This document shows, in pieces, positions 37,494 through 49,463 of a stretch of 64,000 nucleotides of DNA (within the stretch, counting starts at the first letter, position 1; each line of letters opens with the position of its first letter). The stretch spans positions 21,580 to 85,579 of the forward strand of contig JBDHSX010000002.1 of NCBI GenBank assembly GCA_039808365.1, in the 5' to 3' direction. The notes beneath the pieces were generated by a model that saw only the letters and a list, made by a program, of their open reading frames with translations, ran no database searches and was not told the DNA's origin. A program made the position numbers and the translations under genes. The stretch comes from Xanthobacteraceae bacterium. Its GTDB lineage: Bacteria > Pseudomonadota > Alphaproteobacteria > Rhizobiales > Xanthobacteraceae.

Positions 37494-38390
37494 ATGACCG
37501 CCACCGTGACACCGCCCAGCACCAGCGCCACCTTCGCCATTGGCGACGAACGTCGCGCGCGGGCCATTGTTGACGTGATGGAGGAAAGCCTCGACCCCGG
37601 CGAGGTCGCGGTCGCCGCGTTCGAGAACCCTGACGGCGTCTGGGAGATTGTGCTGCATTTCTCCGCGCCCCCCGACGAGGACGCGATCCGCCATCTGGTC
37701 GGCCTCGCCGCCGGCGATGACGCGGCGGCGGCGCTGGCGTTCCGGACGGTGGAGGCGAAAGACTGGGTCGCGGCCAGCCTCGAAGGGCTGGTCCCGGTGC
37801 CCGCCGGGCGCTTCGTCGTCCACGGCCGGCATGATCGCGCCCGGATCGCGACCAACAAACTCGGCATCGAGATCGAGGCGGCGCTGGCGTTCGGCACCGG
37901 CCATCACGGCACGACGCGCGGCTGCCTGCTGCTGCTCGACGCGGCGTTGAAACGCCGCCGCCCGGCGCGCGTGCTGGACCTCGGTTCCGGCACCGGCGTG
38001 CTGGCGATCGCCGCCGCCAAGGCGCTGCGAACGCCGGTGCTGGCCAGCGACATCGATCCGCAGGCGGTCATCGTCGCCCGCGACAACGCGCGACTGAACG
38101 ATGTCGGGCCGCTGATCGAGGCGGTCCGCGCCACCGGTTTCGCCGCGCCAGAATTCCGCCAATACGCGCCGTTCGACCTGATCCTCGCCAACATCCTCGC
38201 CAATCCGCTGCGACAAATGGCGCCGGCGATGGCGGCGCATCTTGCGCCCCGGGGGCAGGTGATCCTGTCGGGCTTGCTGCCGGCGCACACGCGCGGCGTG
38301 ATCGCGGCCTATCGCGCGGTCGGGTTGGTGCTGGCCCGGCGCATGCAGGTGGATGGCTGGTGCAGCCTGCTGCTGCGGCGGCCGGTCTAG
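37494..38390 (+). CDS. prmA: Ribosomal protein L11 methyltransferase
   Basis: 298 aa with FGTGHHGTTRGCL and the AdoMet motif VLDLGSGTGVLAIAAAK. Confidence 0.9.
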   Translation: MTATVTPPSTSATFAIGDERRARAIVDVMEESLDPGEVAVAAFENPDGVWEIVLHFSAPPDEDAIRHLVGLAAGDDAAAALAFRTVEAKDWVAASLEGLVPVPAGRFVVHGRHDRARIATNKLGIEIEAALAFGTGHHGTTRGCLLLLDAALKRRRPARVLDLGSGTGVLAIAAAKALRTPVLASDIDPQAVIVARDNARLNDVGPLIEAVRATGFAAPEFRQYAPFDLILANILANPLRQMAPAMAAHLAPRGQVILSGLLPAHTRGVIAAYRAVGLVLARRMQVDGWCSLLLRRPV

Positions 38391-38401
38391 CGCCGCTGAA
38401 T

Positions 38402-38469
38402 CGTCATGGCGAGCAAAGCCAAGCGATCCAGAAAGCCACGACGCAAGGACTGGATCTTCGCAATGACGG
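38402..38469. repeat. Family-A palindromic repeat, degenerate copy
   Basis: cgtcatggcgagcaaagccaagcgatccag...ctggatcttcgcaatgacgg, with the right arm truncated. It lies 12 nt after the prmA stop. Confidence 0.7.
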
Positions 38470-38481
38470 GCCGAGACGATC

Positions 38482-38682
38482 TTAGCGTTGCCCGGCCTGT
38501 TTCGGTTTCGACAGGTCGGAGCCCTGCGTCGTCACGCGGCTGCGCGCGGTGAAGCGATCGAGCATCCGGCGCAGTCGGCCGCGCGGCTTCGCCGTCTCGA
38601 CGGACGGCTCCGGCGCGCGCGAGGCGGATGCGCGCGGCGCGGGGGAGGACAACTTCTCAAACGTAAAGGCGGGCAAAATCAT
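38482..38682 (-). CDS. Possible small basic protein (66 aa, low complexity)
   Basis: The ORF has high third-position GC and an AGGGG sequence next to the start, but I recognise no family. Composition is Arg/Ser/Pro-rich, so it could be a GC artefact. Confidence 0.3.
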   Translation of the reverse strand: MILPAFTFEKLSSPAPRASASRAPEPSVETAKPRGRLRRMLDRFTARSRVTTQGSDLSKPKQAGQR

Positions 38683-38915
38683 CCCCTATCGTTCGGACCG
38701 AGTTGAAACACTCCCGACGTTTCCCGATATAGTCGCATGTTGTTGGGTTGCGGGCGCGGTCGCCATGATGCGTTGGTCACTGGCGGCGATGCCCTGCCCG
38801 TCTGGCGCGGGCAGATCAATCTATTCTAAATTGGACTGCTTTTACAACATGACATCCTGACTTTCCCGTCTTTCCGCAACCGTTGTCCGCAGCCGCGTCA
38901 AACCATCGAGGAATC

Positions 38916-40760
38916 ATGTTCGAGGCTCACTTCCAGACCTTCGAGGACCCGGAAAGCGGCGTTGCGCTGGCCGCGCGGCTGATGGCGTTGCGCGCCGAAC
39001 TCGCGCAGCGGAACCTGACGGGTTTCGTCATTCCCCGCGCCGACGCGCAGCAGAACGAATATGTCGCGCCCTCCGAGGAACGGCTGGCGTGGCTGACCGG
39101 CTTCACCGGATCGGCGGGCCTCGCCATCGTGCTGCGGCATGACGCGGCGTTGTTCGTCGACGGTCGCTATACGCTGCAAGCCGCCGCCCAGGTGGACACC
39201 AAGGCGTGGCGCGTCGAATCGCTGATCGATCCGCCGCCGGAAAGCTGGCTCACCGCCCATGTCGCGACCGGCGACCGCATCGGCTTCGATCCATGGCTGC
39301 ACACCACCGCGGCGGCGGAGCGGCTGGCGGCCGCCTGCGCCAAGGCCGGCGCGGAGCTGGTCGCGGTGGAGCGCAATCCGATCGACGCGATCTGGCGCGA
39401 ACGCCCGGCGCCGCCGCTCGGCCCGGTGTCGATTCACGACGCCCGATTCGCCGGGGTTTCCGCCGCCGACAAGTTGAATCAAATCCGCGGCGAGATCGCC
39501 CGCCTCGGCACCGACGCGCTGGTGCTGTCGGATTCGCACGCCGTGGCCTGGACTTTCAACATTCGCGGCGCGGACGTTTCGCACACGCCGCTGCCGTTGT
39601 CCTACGCGCTGGTGCCGAAGGACGGGCGGCCCACGATCTTCATCGATCCGCGAAAACTCTCCAACAGCGTGCGCGACGCGCTTGAAGGCGAGGCCGAGGT
39701 CGCCGCGCCCGACGCGATGACATCGCGCCTGACGCAGCTTGCGCAAGGCGGCGCTTCCATCGCCCTCGACAGCGCCACCGCCGCCGACGCGCTCAGTCGT
39801 CTTATCACCGGCGCGGGCGGCAAGGCGGTGCGCGGCAACGATCCGGTCAGCCTGTTGAAGGCGGTGAAGAATACGGCCGAGATCGCCGGCGCCCGCAGCG
39901 CGCATCAGCGCGACGCGGTGGCGCTGGCGCGCTTCCTCGCCTGGGTGGACCGCGAGGCACCTGGCGGCAAGCTCACCGAGATCGACGCGGTGGAGGCGCT
40001 GGAAACATTTCGCCGTGACACCGGCGCGCTGAAGGACGTCTCGTTCCCCACCATCTCCGGCGCCGGGCCGAACGGGGCCATCGTGCACTATCGCGTTACC
40101 CGCAAGAGTAACCGCCGCATCATGCCGGGCGACCTGCTGCTGATCGATTCCGGCGCGCAATACGAGGACGGCACCACCGACGTCACCCGCACCATCGCCG
40201 TGGGCGAGCCGACGCAGGAGATGCGCGACCGCTTCACCCGCGTGCTGCGCGGTCACATCGCCATCGCCCGCGCGGTGTTTCCCGACGGCACCACCGGCGC
40301 GCAGCTCGACACCCTGGCGCGGCAATTCCTGTGGCAGGCCGGCCTCGATTTCGAGCACGGCACAGGCCACGGCGTCGGCAGCTATCTGTCGGTGCATGAA
40401 GGGCCGGCGCGAATTTCAAAACTCGGCGCGACGCCGCTCAAGCGCGGCATGATCCTGTCCAACGAACCGGGCTACTACAAGACCGGCGCATTCGGCATCC
40501 GCATCGAAAATCTCGAACTGGTGGTGGCCGCCGCAATCGACGGCGCGGAAAAGCCGATGAACGCTTTCGAGACGCTGACGCTCGCGCCGATCGACCGCCG
40601 CCTGATCGACCGCCGCTTCAGCAAGAAAGAAGTGAAGTGGCTCAACGATTATCACGTGCGGGTCAGGGACACGGTGCGGCCGCATGTCGACGAGGCGACG
40701 CGCGTCTGGCTCGACGCCGCCACCGCGCCGATTCCATATGAGGATCACTTTCCGGGGTGA
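38916..40760 (+). CDS. pepP: Aminopeptidase P family protein (M24B Xaa-Pro aminopeptidase)
   Basis: Starts MFEAHFQTF, with a GAGGA SD upstream. Pita-bread metal ligands are in DSGAQYEDGTTDVTRT, HGTGHGVGSYLSVHE and SNEPGYY...IRIEN. Confidence 0.9.
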   Translation: MFEAHFQTFEDPESGVALAARLMALRAELAQRNLTGFVIPRADAQQNEYVAPSEERLAWLTGFTGSAGLAIVLRHDAALFVDGRYTLQAAAQVDTKAWRVESLIDPPPESWLTAHVATGDRIGFDPWLHTTAAAERLAAACAKAGAELVAVERNPIDAIWRERPAPPLGPVSIHDARFAGVSAADKLNQIRGEIARLGTDALVLSDSHAVAWTFNIRGADVSHTPLPLSYALVPKDGRPTIFIDPRKLSNSVRDALEGEAEVAAPDAMTSRLTQLAQGGASIALDSATAADALSRLITGAGGKAVRGNDPVSLLKAVKNTAEIAGARSAHQRDAVALARFLAWVDREAPGGKLTEIDAVEALETFRRDTGALKDVSFPTISGAGPNGAIVHYRVTRKSNRRIMPGDLLLIDSGAQYEDGTTDVTRTIAVGEPTQEMRDRFTRVLRGHIAIARAVFPDGTTGAQLDTLARQFLWQAGLDFEHGTGHGVGSYLSVHEGPARISKLGATPLKRGMILSNEPGYYKTGAFGIRIENLELVVAAAIDGAEKPMNAFETLTLAPIDRRLIDRRFSKKEVKWLNDYHVRVRDTVRPHVDEATRVWLDAATAPIPYEDHFPG

Positions 40761-40778
40761 GGCGAACTTCGTCGTTTG

Positions 40779-40861
40779 CGTCATTGCGAGCGCAGCGAAG
40801 CAATCCAGGGACGACGAAGGAAAAACTGGATTGCTTCGTCGCTTCGCTCCTCGCAATGACG
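40779..40861. repeat. Family-A palindromic repeat
   Basis: cgtcattgcgagcgcagcgaagcaatccag...ctggattgcttcgtcgcttcgctcctcgcaatgacg. It lies 19 nt after the pepP stop. Confidence 0.85.
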
Positions 40862-40912
40862 ACAAGATGAGGAATCGAACTTAAATTCGTCTCGCTCCGG
40901 CAAGGCAATTAT

Positions 40913-41038
40913 CGTCGTCCCCGCGCAGGCGGGGACCCAGACTCCGGAGCAGCGGTGATATGAATAACGCCGGCTGCTCACGCTTATGATCACAATCAAC
41001 GCCAGGGGTTATGGGTCCCCGCCTGCGCGGGGACGACG
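40913..41038. repeat. 126-bp MITE-like element with perfect 27-bp terminal inverted repeats
   Basis: The left end cgtcgtccccgcgcaggcggggaccca is the exact reverse complement of the right end tgggtccccgcctgcgcggggacgacg. The 72-bp AT-richer core has its own hairpin (gagcagc...gctgctc). There is no coding capacity. Confidence 0.7.
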
Positions 41039-41045
41039 GAGAGGT

Positions 41046-43199
<2,154 letters not shown>

Positions 43200-43222
43200 T
43201 TATTCCATGCGATCCATATCCT

Positions 43223-43306
43223 CGTCATTGCGAGCGAAGCGAAGCAATCCAGAGGCAACAAAGCAAGGACTGGATTGCTTCGTCGCTTCGCTCCTCGCAA
43301 TGACGG
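43223..43306. repeat. Family-A palindromic repeat (best-preserved copy)
   Basis: cgtcattgcgagcgaagcgaagcaatccag aggcaacaaagcaagga ctggattgcttcgtcgcttcgctcctcgcaatgacg. It lies between the recN stop and the ligA start. Confidence 0.85.
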
Positions 43307-43333
43307 TGAGGGAACGCACTGGCGCAGCCCGCC

Positions 43334-45007
43334 CTATCCCGCCGCCTTCAACAGCCGCTCCGCGGCCGCGCGGGCTTCCTTGGTGATCTCCGCGCCCGCC
43401 AGCATGCGCGCGATCTCCTCGCGGCGATGCTCGTCCGCCAGCGCGTCGACCCGGGTGGCGACGCGCCGGCCCCTGTCGAGCGCGGCCTTGGAAATCAAGA
43501 GATGCTGGTCGGCCCGCGCCGCCACCTGCGGCGCATGGGTCACCGCCATCACCTGCACCTTGCAGGCCAAGCGCGCCAGCCGCGCGCCGATGGCGTCCGC
43601 CACCGCGCCGCCGACCCCGGTGTCGATCTCGTCGAACACCAGCGTCGGCGCGGAACCGCGATCCGACAGCACCACCTTCAGCGCCAGCAGAAAGCGTGAC
43701 AACTCGCCCCCGGAGGCGACTTTCATCATCGGCCCGGGCCGGGTGCCGGGATTGGTCTGCACCCAGAACGCGACGCGGTCGATGCCGTGCGGCCCCGGCG
43801 CGGCCGCGTCCGCCTCGACCTGGGTGATGAATTTCGCGCGTTCGAGCTTCAGCGGCGCGAGTTCGGCGTTCACCGCCTTGTTCAGCTTGTCGGCAGCCTT
43901 CGCCCGCGCCGCCGAGAGTTTCGCAGCGGCCGCGTCGTAACGCTTGACGGCCTCGGTGGCGGCCTGCTCCAGCCCCTGCAACTGTTCCACGCCGGCATCG
44001 ATCAGCGCGACATCGGCCGCGTACCGCAAAGCCAGCGCCGCCAGGCCGTCGACCGGCGTCGAATATTTTCGCGCGGCAGCGCGCAGCGCGAACAGCCGTT
44101 CCTCGATGCGCTCCAGTTCCGCCGGATCGAAATCGGCGGCCGCAAGCGCCGCGGCGAGATGCTGGTCGGCTTCCTCCAGGGCGTTGATCGCGGCGTCGAT
44201 CGCCTTCACCGCCGGCTCGACCAGCGTCGGCGAACTGCCGGCGCGGCGCTCCAGCCGCCGCACCGCCGCCGCCAGCGCCGCGATCGGCGAGTTGTTGCCG
44301 CTGACCGCCTCCTGGGCGTCGCGCAGGTCGCCGGCGATCTTCTCGCCCTGCATCATCGCGGCGCGGCGTTCGGCCAGTTCGGTTTCCTCGCCGTCGCGCG
44401 GCGCGAGCTTTTGCAATTCATCCGAGGCGTGGCGCAGGTAATCGGCTTCGCGCGCGGCGCGCTCCATGCCGGCACGATGGTCGTCGAGCGCCTGCCGCGC
44501 GGCGCGGCGCGCCGCCCACAGCGTTTCCAGCGCGGCCACCTCGCTGTCGAGCCCGGCGAAGGCGTCGAGCAGCCGGCGATGGGTGGCGGCGTCGACCAGC
44601 GCCCGCTCGTCGTGCTGGCCGTGGATTTCCACCAGCGCGCCGCCCACCGCCTTGAGGGTCTGGACGCTGACCGGCTGATCGTTGATGAAGGCGCGGCTGC
44701 GGCCGTCGGCCAGTTGCACGCGGCGCAGGATGATCTCGCCCGCGTCGTCGTCGAGGTCGTTGGCGCGAAGAATGTCCGCCGCCGGATGGCCTTTCGGCAC
44801 CTCGAAGGCGGCGGTCACCTGGCCCTGTTCCGCGCCGTGGCGCACCAGCGCGGCGTCGCCGCGCCCGCCCAGCGCCAGCGCGAAGGCGTCGAGCAGGATC
44901 GACTTGCCGGCGCCGGTTTCGCCGGTCAGCACCGCGAGCCCCTGGGCGAATTCGATATCGAGCCGTTCGATCAGGACGATGTCACGGATCGAAAGACGGG
45001 CCAGCAT
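43334..45007 (-). CDS. recN: DNA repair protein RecN
   Basis: 557 aa, starting MLARLSIRDIVLIE. Walker A is LTGETGAGKSIL. A long coiled-coil middle is followed by C-terminal ASGGELSRFLLAL and LVFDEIDTG (SMC-like signature and Walker B). Confidence 0.95.
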   Translation of the reverse strand: MLARLSIRDIVLIERLDIEFAQGLAVLTGETGAGKSILLDAFALALGGRGDAALVRHGAEQGQVTAAFEVPKGHPAADILRANDLDDDAGEIILRRVQLADGRSRAFINDQPVSVQTLKAVGGALVEIHGQHDERALVDAATHRRLLDAFAGLDSEVAALETLWAARRAARQALDDHRAGMERAAREADYLRHASDELQKLAPRDGEETELAERRAAMMQGEKIAGDLRDAQEAVSGNNSPIAALAAAVRRLERRAGSSPTLVEPAVKAIDAAINALEEADQHLAAALAAADFDPAELERIEERLFALRAAARKYSTPVDGLAALALRYAADVALIDAGVEQLQGLEQAATEAVKRYDAAAAKLSAARAKAADKLNKAVNAELAPLKLERAKFITQVEADAAAPGPHGIDRVAFWVQTNPGTRPGPMMKVASGGELSRFLLALKVVLSDRGSAPTLVFDEIDTGVGGAVADAIGARLARLACKVQVMAVTHAPQVAARADQHLLISKAALDRGRRVATRVDALADEHRREEIARMLAGAEITKEARAAAERLLKAAG

Positions 45008-45026
45008 GAGGCGGTCCTACAATGAG

Positions 45027-45941
45027 TTAGCCGAGACCCATCTTCTTGAAGGCCTGGCTGATCCAGGACCCCTTGTTCTCGCTCGGTTCGAGACCGCCGG
45101 ACTTTACTAGATTGTAAGCGTCTTGATACCAGCGGCTGTCAGGAAAGTTGTGGCCAAGAATGGCGGCGGCGGTCTGCGCCTCGCTGACGATGCCGATCGC
45201 CATATAGGCTTCGGTCAGCCGCGCCAGCGCCTCCTCGACGTGGCGGGTGGTCTGATAGCGCGTCACCACCGTCTTGTAGCGGTTGATCGCCGCGGTAAAG
45301 TCGCGCTTGTCCATGTAGTAACGGCCGATCGCCATTTCCTTGGCGGCCAGTTGGTCGCGCGCGCCTTCCAGTTTCTTCTTGGCGTTGGTGGCGTATTCCG
45401 AGTTCGGATATTTGCGGATCACTTCCTCAAGCGAGGCGATCGCTTTTTCGGTGCGTCCCTGGTCGCGCGAAACGTCGGGGATCTGGTCGTATTGGGAGCT
45501 GGCGATCAGATATTGCGCGTAGGCGGCGTCCGGGCTGCCGGGATGCAGCGTCACGTAGCGCGTCGCCGCACCGATGCAATTGTCGTAATCGCCGGCGCTG
45601 TAATAGGCATAGGCTGACATCAGCAGCGATTTGCGCGCGAGGTCCGAATAAGGATGCTGACGATCCACCTCCTCGAACTTCTTCGAGGCGGCCTTGGGAT
45701 CGTTCTCCTTATTCATGATGTACAAGCCCTCATTGTAGAGCTTGTCCGCCGGCTCATCGACGAAGCTGTCGTCCTTGTTGCCTTTGAGCTTGTCGAACAT
45801 GTCGCCCATGCTGCCCATGTTGCTGCAGCCGCCGAGGACGGCGGCGAGCGCCACCATGCCGACAGCCAGCAGCATCCGGCCGCGCAGGCCGTGGCGGAGC
45901 GAGGAGCCGCGCGTTTCAAACGTCGAACGTGGTGCCGCCAT
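45027..45941 (-). CDS. bamD: Outer-membrane protein assembly factor BamD (TPR lipoprotein)
   Basis: Start chosen at MAAPRSTFETRG. The lipobox is AAVLGGC|SN. The body has TPR-like repeats (YNEGLYIMNKEN..., YAYYSAGDYDNCI...). Confidence 0.85.
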   Translation of the reverse strand: MAAPRSTFETRGSSLRHGLRGRMLLAVGMVALAAVLGGCSNMGSMGDMFDKLKGNKDDSFVDEPADKLYNEGLYIMNKENDPKAASKKFEEVDRQHPYSDLARKSLLMSAYAYYSAGDYDNCIGAATRYVTLHPGSPDAAYAQYLIASSQYDQIPDVSRDQGRTEKAIASLEEVIRKYPNSEYATNAKKKLEGARDQLAAKEMAIGRYYMDKRDFTAAINRYKTVVTRYQTTRHVEEALARLTEAYMAIGIVSEAQTAAAILGHNFPDSRWYQDAYNLVKSGGLEPSENKGSWISQAFKKMGLG

Positions 45942-46305
45942 CAAATAAGACCCTGACGTCTGCAAATGCCCTTGTGGAATAACCTTGCCGCGACGCAGGC
46001 CGCGAGCCCCGGAAACCGGCCCCCACGCCGTTCCGGACCGCATGCGCGCAATCGCGTTTCTGTATCGGAAAAAACGCGCGCGACCAACCGGATACGGAGC
46101 CATTTCGCCCGGATTAAGGCGGATCACCGGGAAGCCCACGCCACCGTCATTCCAAGATGCGCGCACTTGACGCACAGGTCCGCAATCCAAGCGCCCGGCG
46201 GTGGTTAATGGATGTCGGGCTTATGCGCAAAGCAAAAGGGTTCGCGCCCCCGAACAACGGAAGCGGAGCGATTCAGTCAAGACGAGGAAGATCAGGACAA
46301 GCGGA

Positions 46306-47265
46306 TCAGGATACGTCCGGGCCGTAGGCCGGCGCGACCAGGCCTCCGACCATGCCTCCCACGGCATCCATGGCGGGCCGCGCGCGGCGTGCCCGCTCGC
46401 CCTCCACCACGCGCCACGCGCTGCGGTCGGCCAACAGCGCCGTCAACACCGCGTGGTTGAGCTTGTGGCCGCCCCGCACCGAGCGATAGGCGCCCAGCAG
46501 CGGCAGGCCGGCGAGCGCCAGATCGCCGATGACATCGAGCACCTTGTGGCGGGCGCATTCGTTGGCGAAGCGCAGACCCTCGGCATTCAGCAGGCGGGTG
46601 TCGTCGAACACCAGCGAATTCTCGAACGATGCGCCTTGGGCAAAACCGGCTTCCAGCAGCTTGGCGACATCGCTCATGCAGCCGAAGGTGCGGGCGCGGC
46701 CGACGTCGCGGCGGAAGCTTTCGGGATCGAGGTCGAGGGAGAAATTCTGCCGGCCGATCACCGGATTGGCGAAGTCGATTTCGACCTCGGCGCGGAACCC
46801 GTGGGCGTAAGGCCGCAATTCCGCGAAACTCTCGCCGATTCTGACCTGGATCGGCTTCAGGACTTGAAGAAAGCGGCGGGGAGCGGCCTGCTCGACCACA
46901 CCGGCCTGATCGATGGCGGCGACGAAGGCGGCGGCGCTGCCGTCCATGATCGGAACTTCGGGGCCGTCAACCTCGATGATGGCGTTATCGACGCCCATGC
47001 CGCGCAGCGCGGCCAGCACGTGCTCGGCGGTGGATACCACCGGTCCCTCGCGGTCGCCCAGCACGGTGGCGAAGGCGGTGGCGGTGACGGCCTTGGCGGT
47101 CGCCCGCACCTCGCGCTCGGTGCCATCCGGCGCGACACGGATAAAAACAAAGCCCGCATCGACCGGCGCGGGCCCGAGGGTCAGTTGGACAGGAGCGCCT
47201 GAATGGACGCCGACACCCGTTACGGTAGCTTGCGACCGAAGCGTGGTCTGTCGGCTGAATTTCAT
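46306..47265 (-). CDS. lpxC: UDP-3-O-acyl-N-acetylglucosamine deacetylase
   Basis: Starts MKFSRQTTLRSQATVTGVGVHSG. Contains TVLGD...STAEHVLAAL and the HKVLDVIGDLAL...GGHKLN zinc/catalytic motifs. Confidence 0.93.
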   Translation of the reverse strand: MKFSRQTTLRSQATVTGVGVHSGAPVQLTLGPAPVDAGFVFIRVAPDGTEREVRATAKAVTATAFATVLGDREGPVVSTAEHVLAALRGMGVDNAIIEVDGPEVPIMDGSAAAFVAAIDQAGVVEQAAPRRFLQVLKPIQVRIGESFAELRPYAHGFRAEVEIDFANPVIGRQNFSLDLDPESFRRDVGRARTFGCMSDVAKLLEAGFAQGASFENSLVFDDTRLLNAEGLRFANECARHKVLDVIGDLALAGLPLLGAYRSVRGGHKLNHAVLTALLADRSAWRVVEGERARRARPAMDAVGGMVGGLVAPAYGPDVS

Positions 47266-47548
47266 GCCTAAAGCGCCCAAAATCTAACACCTCAGGATCG
47301 TAATTGGCCGAAAGCGGCGCGACTCGATCCGGGTGTCCCCAAAACACGCGGAAACCATACTGGTTGCCACAAAGCCCGCAACTCACGCTTCTTTACGTAT
47401 TGTTACCCCATTTCGCCGCACTGGCGCCGCGCGTTAACCATATTTCGGCGCGGCTTTGGCAAAGGTGCAATCGGCGTTTCGCCGACGGGATTAAATTATA
47501 CTTGGAATCAAATACTTAAATAATCCTTCACCATGCCCTCCGGGCAAG

Positions 47549-47578
47549 CAAAAACCCCGGCGGAAGCCGCCGGGGTTT
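47549..47578 (-). terminator. Rho-independent terminator downstream of ftsZ
   Basis: The minus strand reads CCCCGGCGG-CTTC-CGCCGGGG followed by TTTTTGCTT, about 30 nt after the ftsZ stop. Confidence 0.65.
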
Positions 47579-47606
47579 GCCAATCGTTAACGCTGGTCAC
47601 AATCAA

Positions 47607-49370
47607 TCAATTTGACTGCCGCCGCAAAAACGCGGGGATATCAAGATGATCGTCCGCCTGTGGCGCCGGCGCAACAGGTGCCGGGCGACCGTGAGGGTCG
47701 AGACCCTGCGGCGCGGGACGCCGCGCATATTCCGAAACCGGCTCATGCGCCGCCATCTGCTGGGCGACGGTGCGCTGCGGCTTGCGCTCCGGCAGCGGCG
47801 GCATCTGGTCGATGGCGGGACCCGAGGCACGGGCGGCGATCGGCGGCTCATGCTCCTCGTCGCGCCGCCCCAGCCCGACATTGGCCAGGCGCTGCAACAG
47901 CGACAGCCGGACCTTTTGCGGCTGGTCCTGATCGACCTCGCCGCTGGCCTGCCGGATCTCGTTCTGGGCCGGGAGCGGCAGTTCATCGAAATTCGGCATC
48001 CGCGGCGCCCGCGCCGGAATCCGCTCGGCGGTCTTCGGAATGAAGGATTCCGGCACCGGCGGTTCGTGCGCCTCGGCGCGCGGCGCGTCGTGCTCGGGGA
48101 ACAGCGACGGCTTCTGCGCGATCGGGCGGACGGTGACGTCGCCGTAAGACGCCGGCTGGATCGGCGCCGGCGCGGCCTGCGGCGGCTCGGCGACGGCGGC
48201 GGCGATCGCCGCCAGCGTGGCGCGCTCGTGATTGGCCGACTGCGACGCGGCGGCGGCCGGGGCCGCTTGACGCGGCGCCTCGGCGCGGGGCGCGGCGGCG
48301 GCGGCGGTGCGCTGACGCGCGGCGAGATCGGCGAGGCGGGTGTCGACGGTGCCGCCCTGCGGGACGCTCGCCGCGGCGGCGGGCGCAGCGGCGCGGGCCA
48401 GCGCCGCCTGCTCGATGCCGGTGGCGACCACCGAAACCCGGATCACGCCGTCGAGATTCTCGTCGAAGGTGGCGCCGACGATGATGTTGGCGTCCGGATC
48501 CACTTCCTCGCGGATGCGGGTCGCGGCTTCATCGACCTCGAACAGCGTCATGTCCTTGCCGCCGGTGATGGAGATCAGAAGGCCGCGCGCGCCCTTCATC
48601 GAGGAATCGTCGATCAGCGGATTGGCGATGGCGGCTTCGGCGGCGGTCAGCGCGCGCTTTTCGCCGGAGGCTTCGCCGGTGCCCATCATCGCCTTGCCCA
48701 TCTCGCGCATGACGGCGCGGACGTCGGCGAAGTCGAGATTGATCAGCCCTTCCTTGACCATCAGGTCGGTGATGCAGGCGACGCCCGAATACAGCACCTG
48801 GTCGGCCATCGCGAAGGCGTCGGCGAAGGTGGTCTTCTCGTTGGCGACCCGGAACAGGTTCTGGTTCGGGATGATCAGCAGGGTGTCGACCACCTTGTGG
48901 AGTTCGGTGATGCCCGACTCGGCGGTGCGCATCCGGCGCTGGCCCTCGAAGTGGAACGGCTTGGTGACCACGCCGACGGTGAGGATGCCGAGGTCGCGGG
49001 CGGTGCGCGCGATCACCGGGGCCGCGCCGGTGCCGGTGCCGCCGCCCATGCCGGCGGTGACGAACACCATGTTGGCGCCCGACAGGTGATCGCGGATCTC
49101 GTCGATCACTTCCTGCGCGGCGGCGGCGCCGACGTCCGGCTGCGAGCCGGCGCCGAGCCCCTGGGTGACCTGGGTGCCCATCTGGATGATGCGCTGCGCC
49201 TTGGTCATCGACAGCGCCTGCGCGTCGGTGTTGGCGACCACGAAGTCGACGCCTTCGAGGCCGGCGGTGATCATGTTGTTGACCGCGTTGCCGCCGGCGC
49301 CGCCGACTCCAAAAACGGTGATCCGCGGCTTCAGCTCGCGAACATCAGGGGGTGTCAGATTGATGGTCAT
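47607..49370 (-). CDS. ftsZ: Cell division GTPase FtsZ (long alphaproteobacterial C-terminal linker)
   Basis: 587 aa with [11 protein letters not shown] and the tubulin signature [13 protein letters not shown]. An extended Ala/Pro-rich linker precedes the conserved C-terminal peptide [13 protein letters not shown]. Confidence 0.97.
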   Translation of the reverse strand: MTINLTPPDVRELKPRITVFGVGGAGGNAVNNMITAGLEGVDFVVANTDAQALSMTKAQRIIQMGTQVTQGLGAGSQPDVGAAAAQEVIDEIRDHLSGANMVFVTAGMGGGTGTGAAPVIARTARDLGILTVGVVTKPFHFEGQRRMRTAESGITELHKVVDTLLIIPNQNLFRVANEKTTFADAFAMADQVLYSGVACITDLMVKEGLINLDFADVRAVMREMGKAMMGTGEASGEKRALTAAEAAIANPLIDDSSMKGARGLLISITGGKDMTLFEVDEAATRIREEVDPDANIIVGATFDENLDGVIRVSVVATGIEQAALARAAAPAAAASVPQGGTVDTRLADLAARQRTAAAAAPRAEAPRQAAPAAAASQSANHERATLAAIAAAVAEPPQAAPAPIQPASYGDVTVRPIAQKPSLFPEHDAPRAEAHEPPVPESFIPKTAERIPARAPRMPNFDELPLPAQNEIRQASGEVDQDQPQKVRLSLLQRLANVGLGRRDEEHEPPIAARASGPAIDQMPPLPERKPQRTVAQQMAAHEPVSEYARRPAPQGLDPHGRPAPVAPAPQADDHLDIPAFLRRQSN

Positions 49371-49463
49371 GGTTGCCTCTCGATTACGCGCGCTTGCTTT
49401 TGCGATACCCCCGGCACGCGGCCGGAGAAGTGAGTGGTTGAGACACGGGGCGGAACGAATTCA

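Noticed and set aside
47281-47548. AT-rich ~270-bp gap between ftsZ and lpxC, considered as a possible sRNA or mobile remnant
   Set aside because: It contains the ftsZ terminator and most plausibly the lpxC promoter and 5' UTR. I found no conserved structure, repeat or ORF that I could support.
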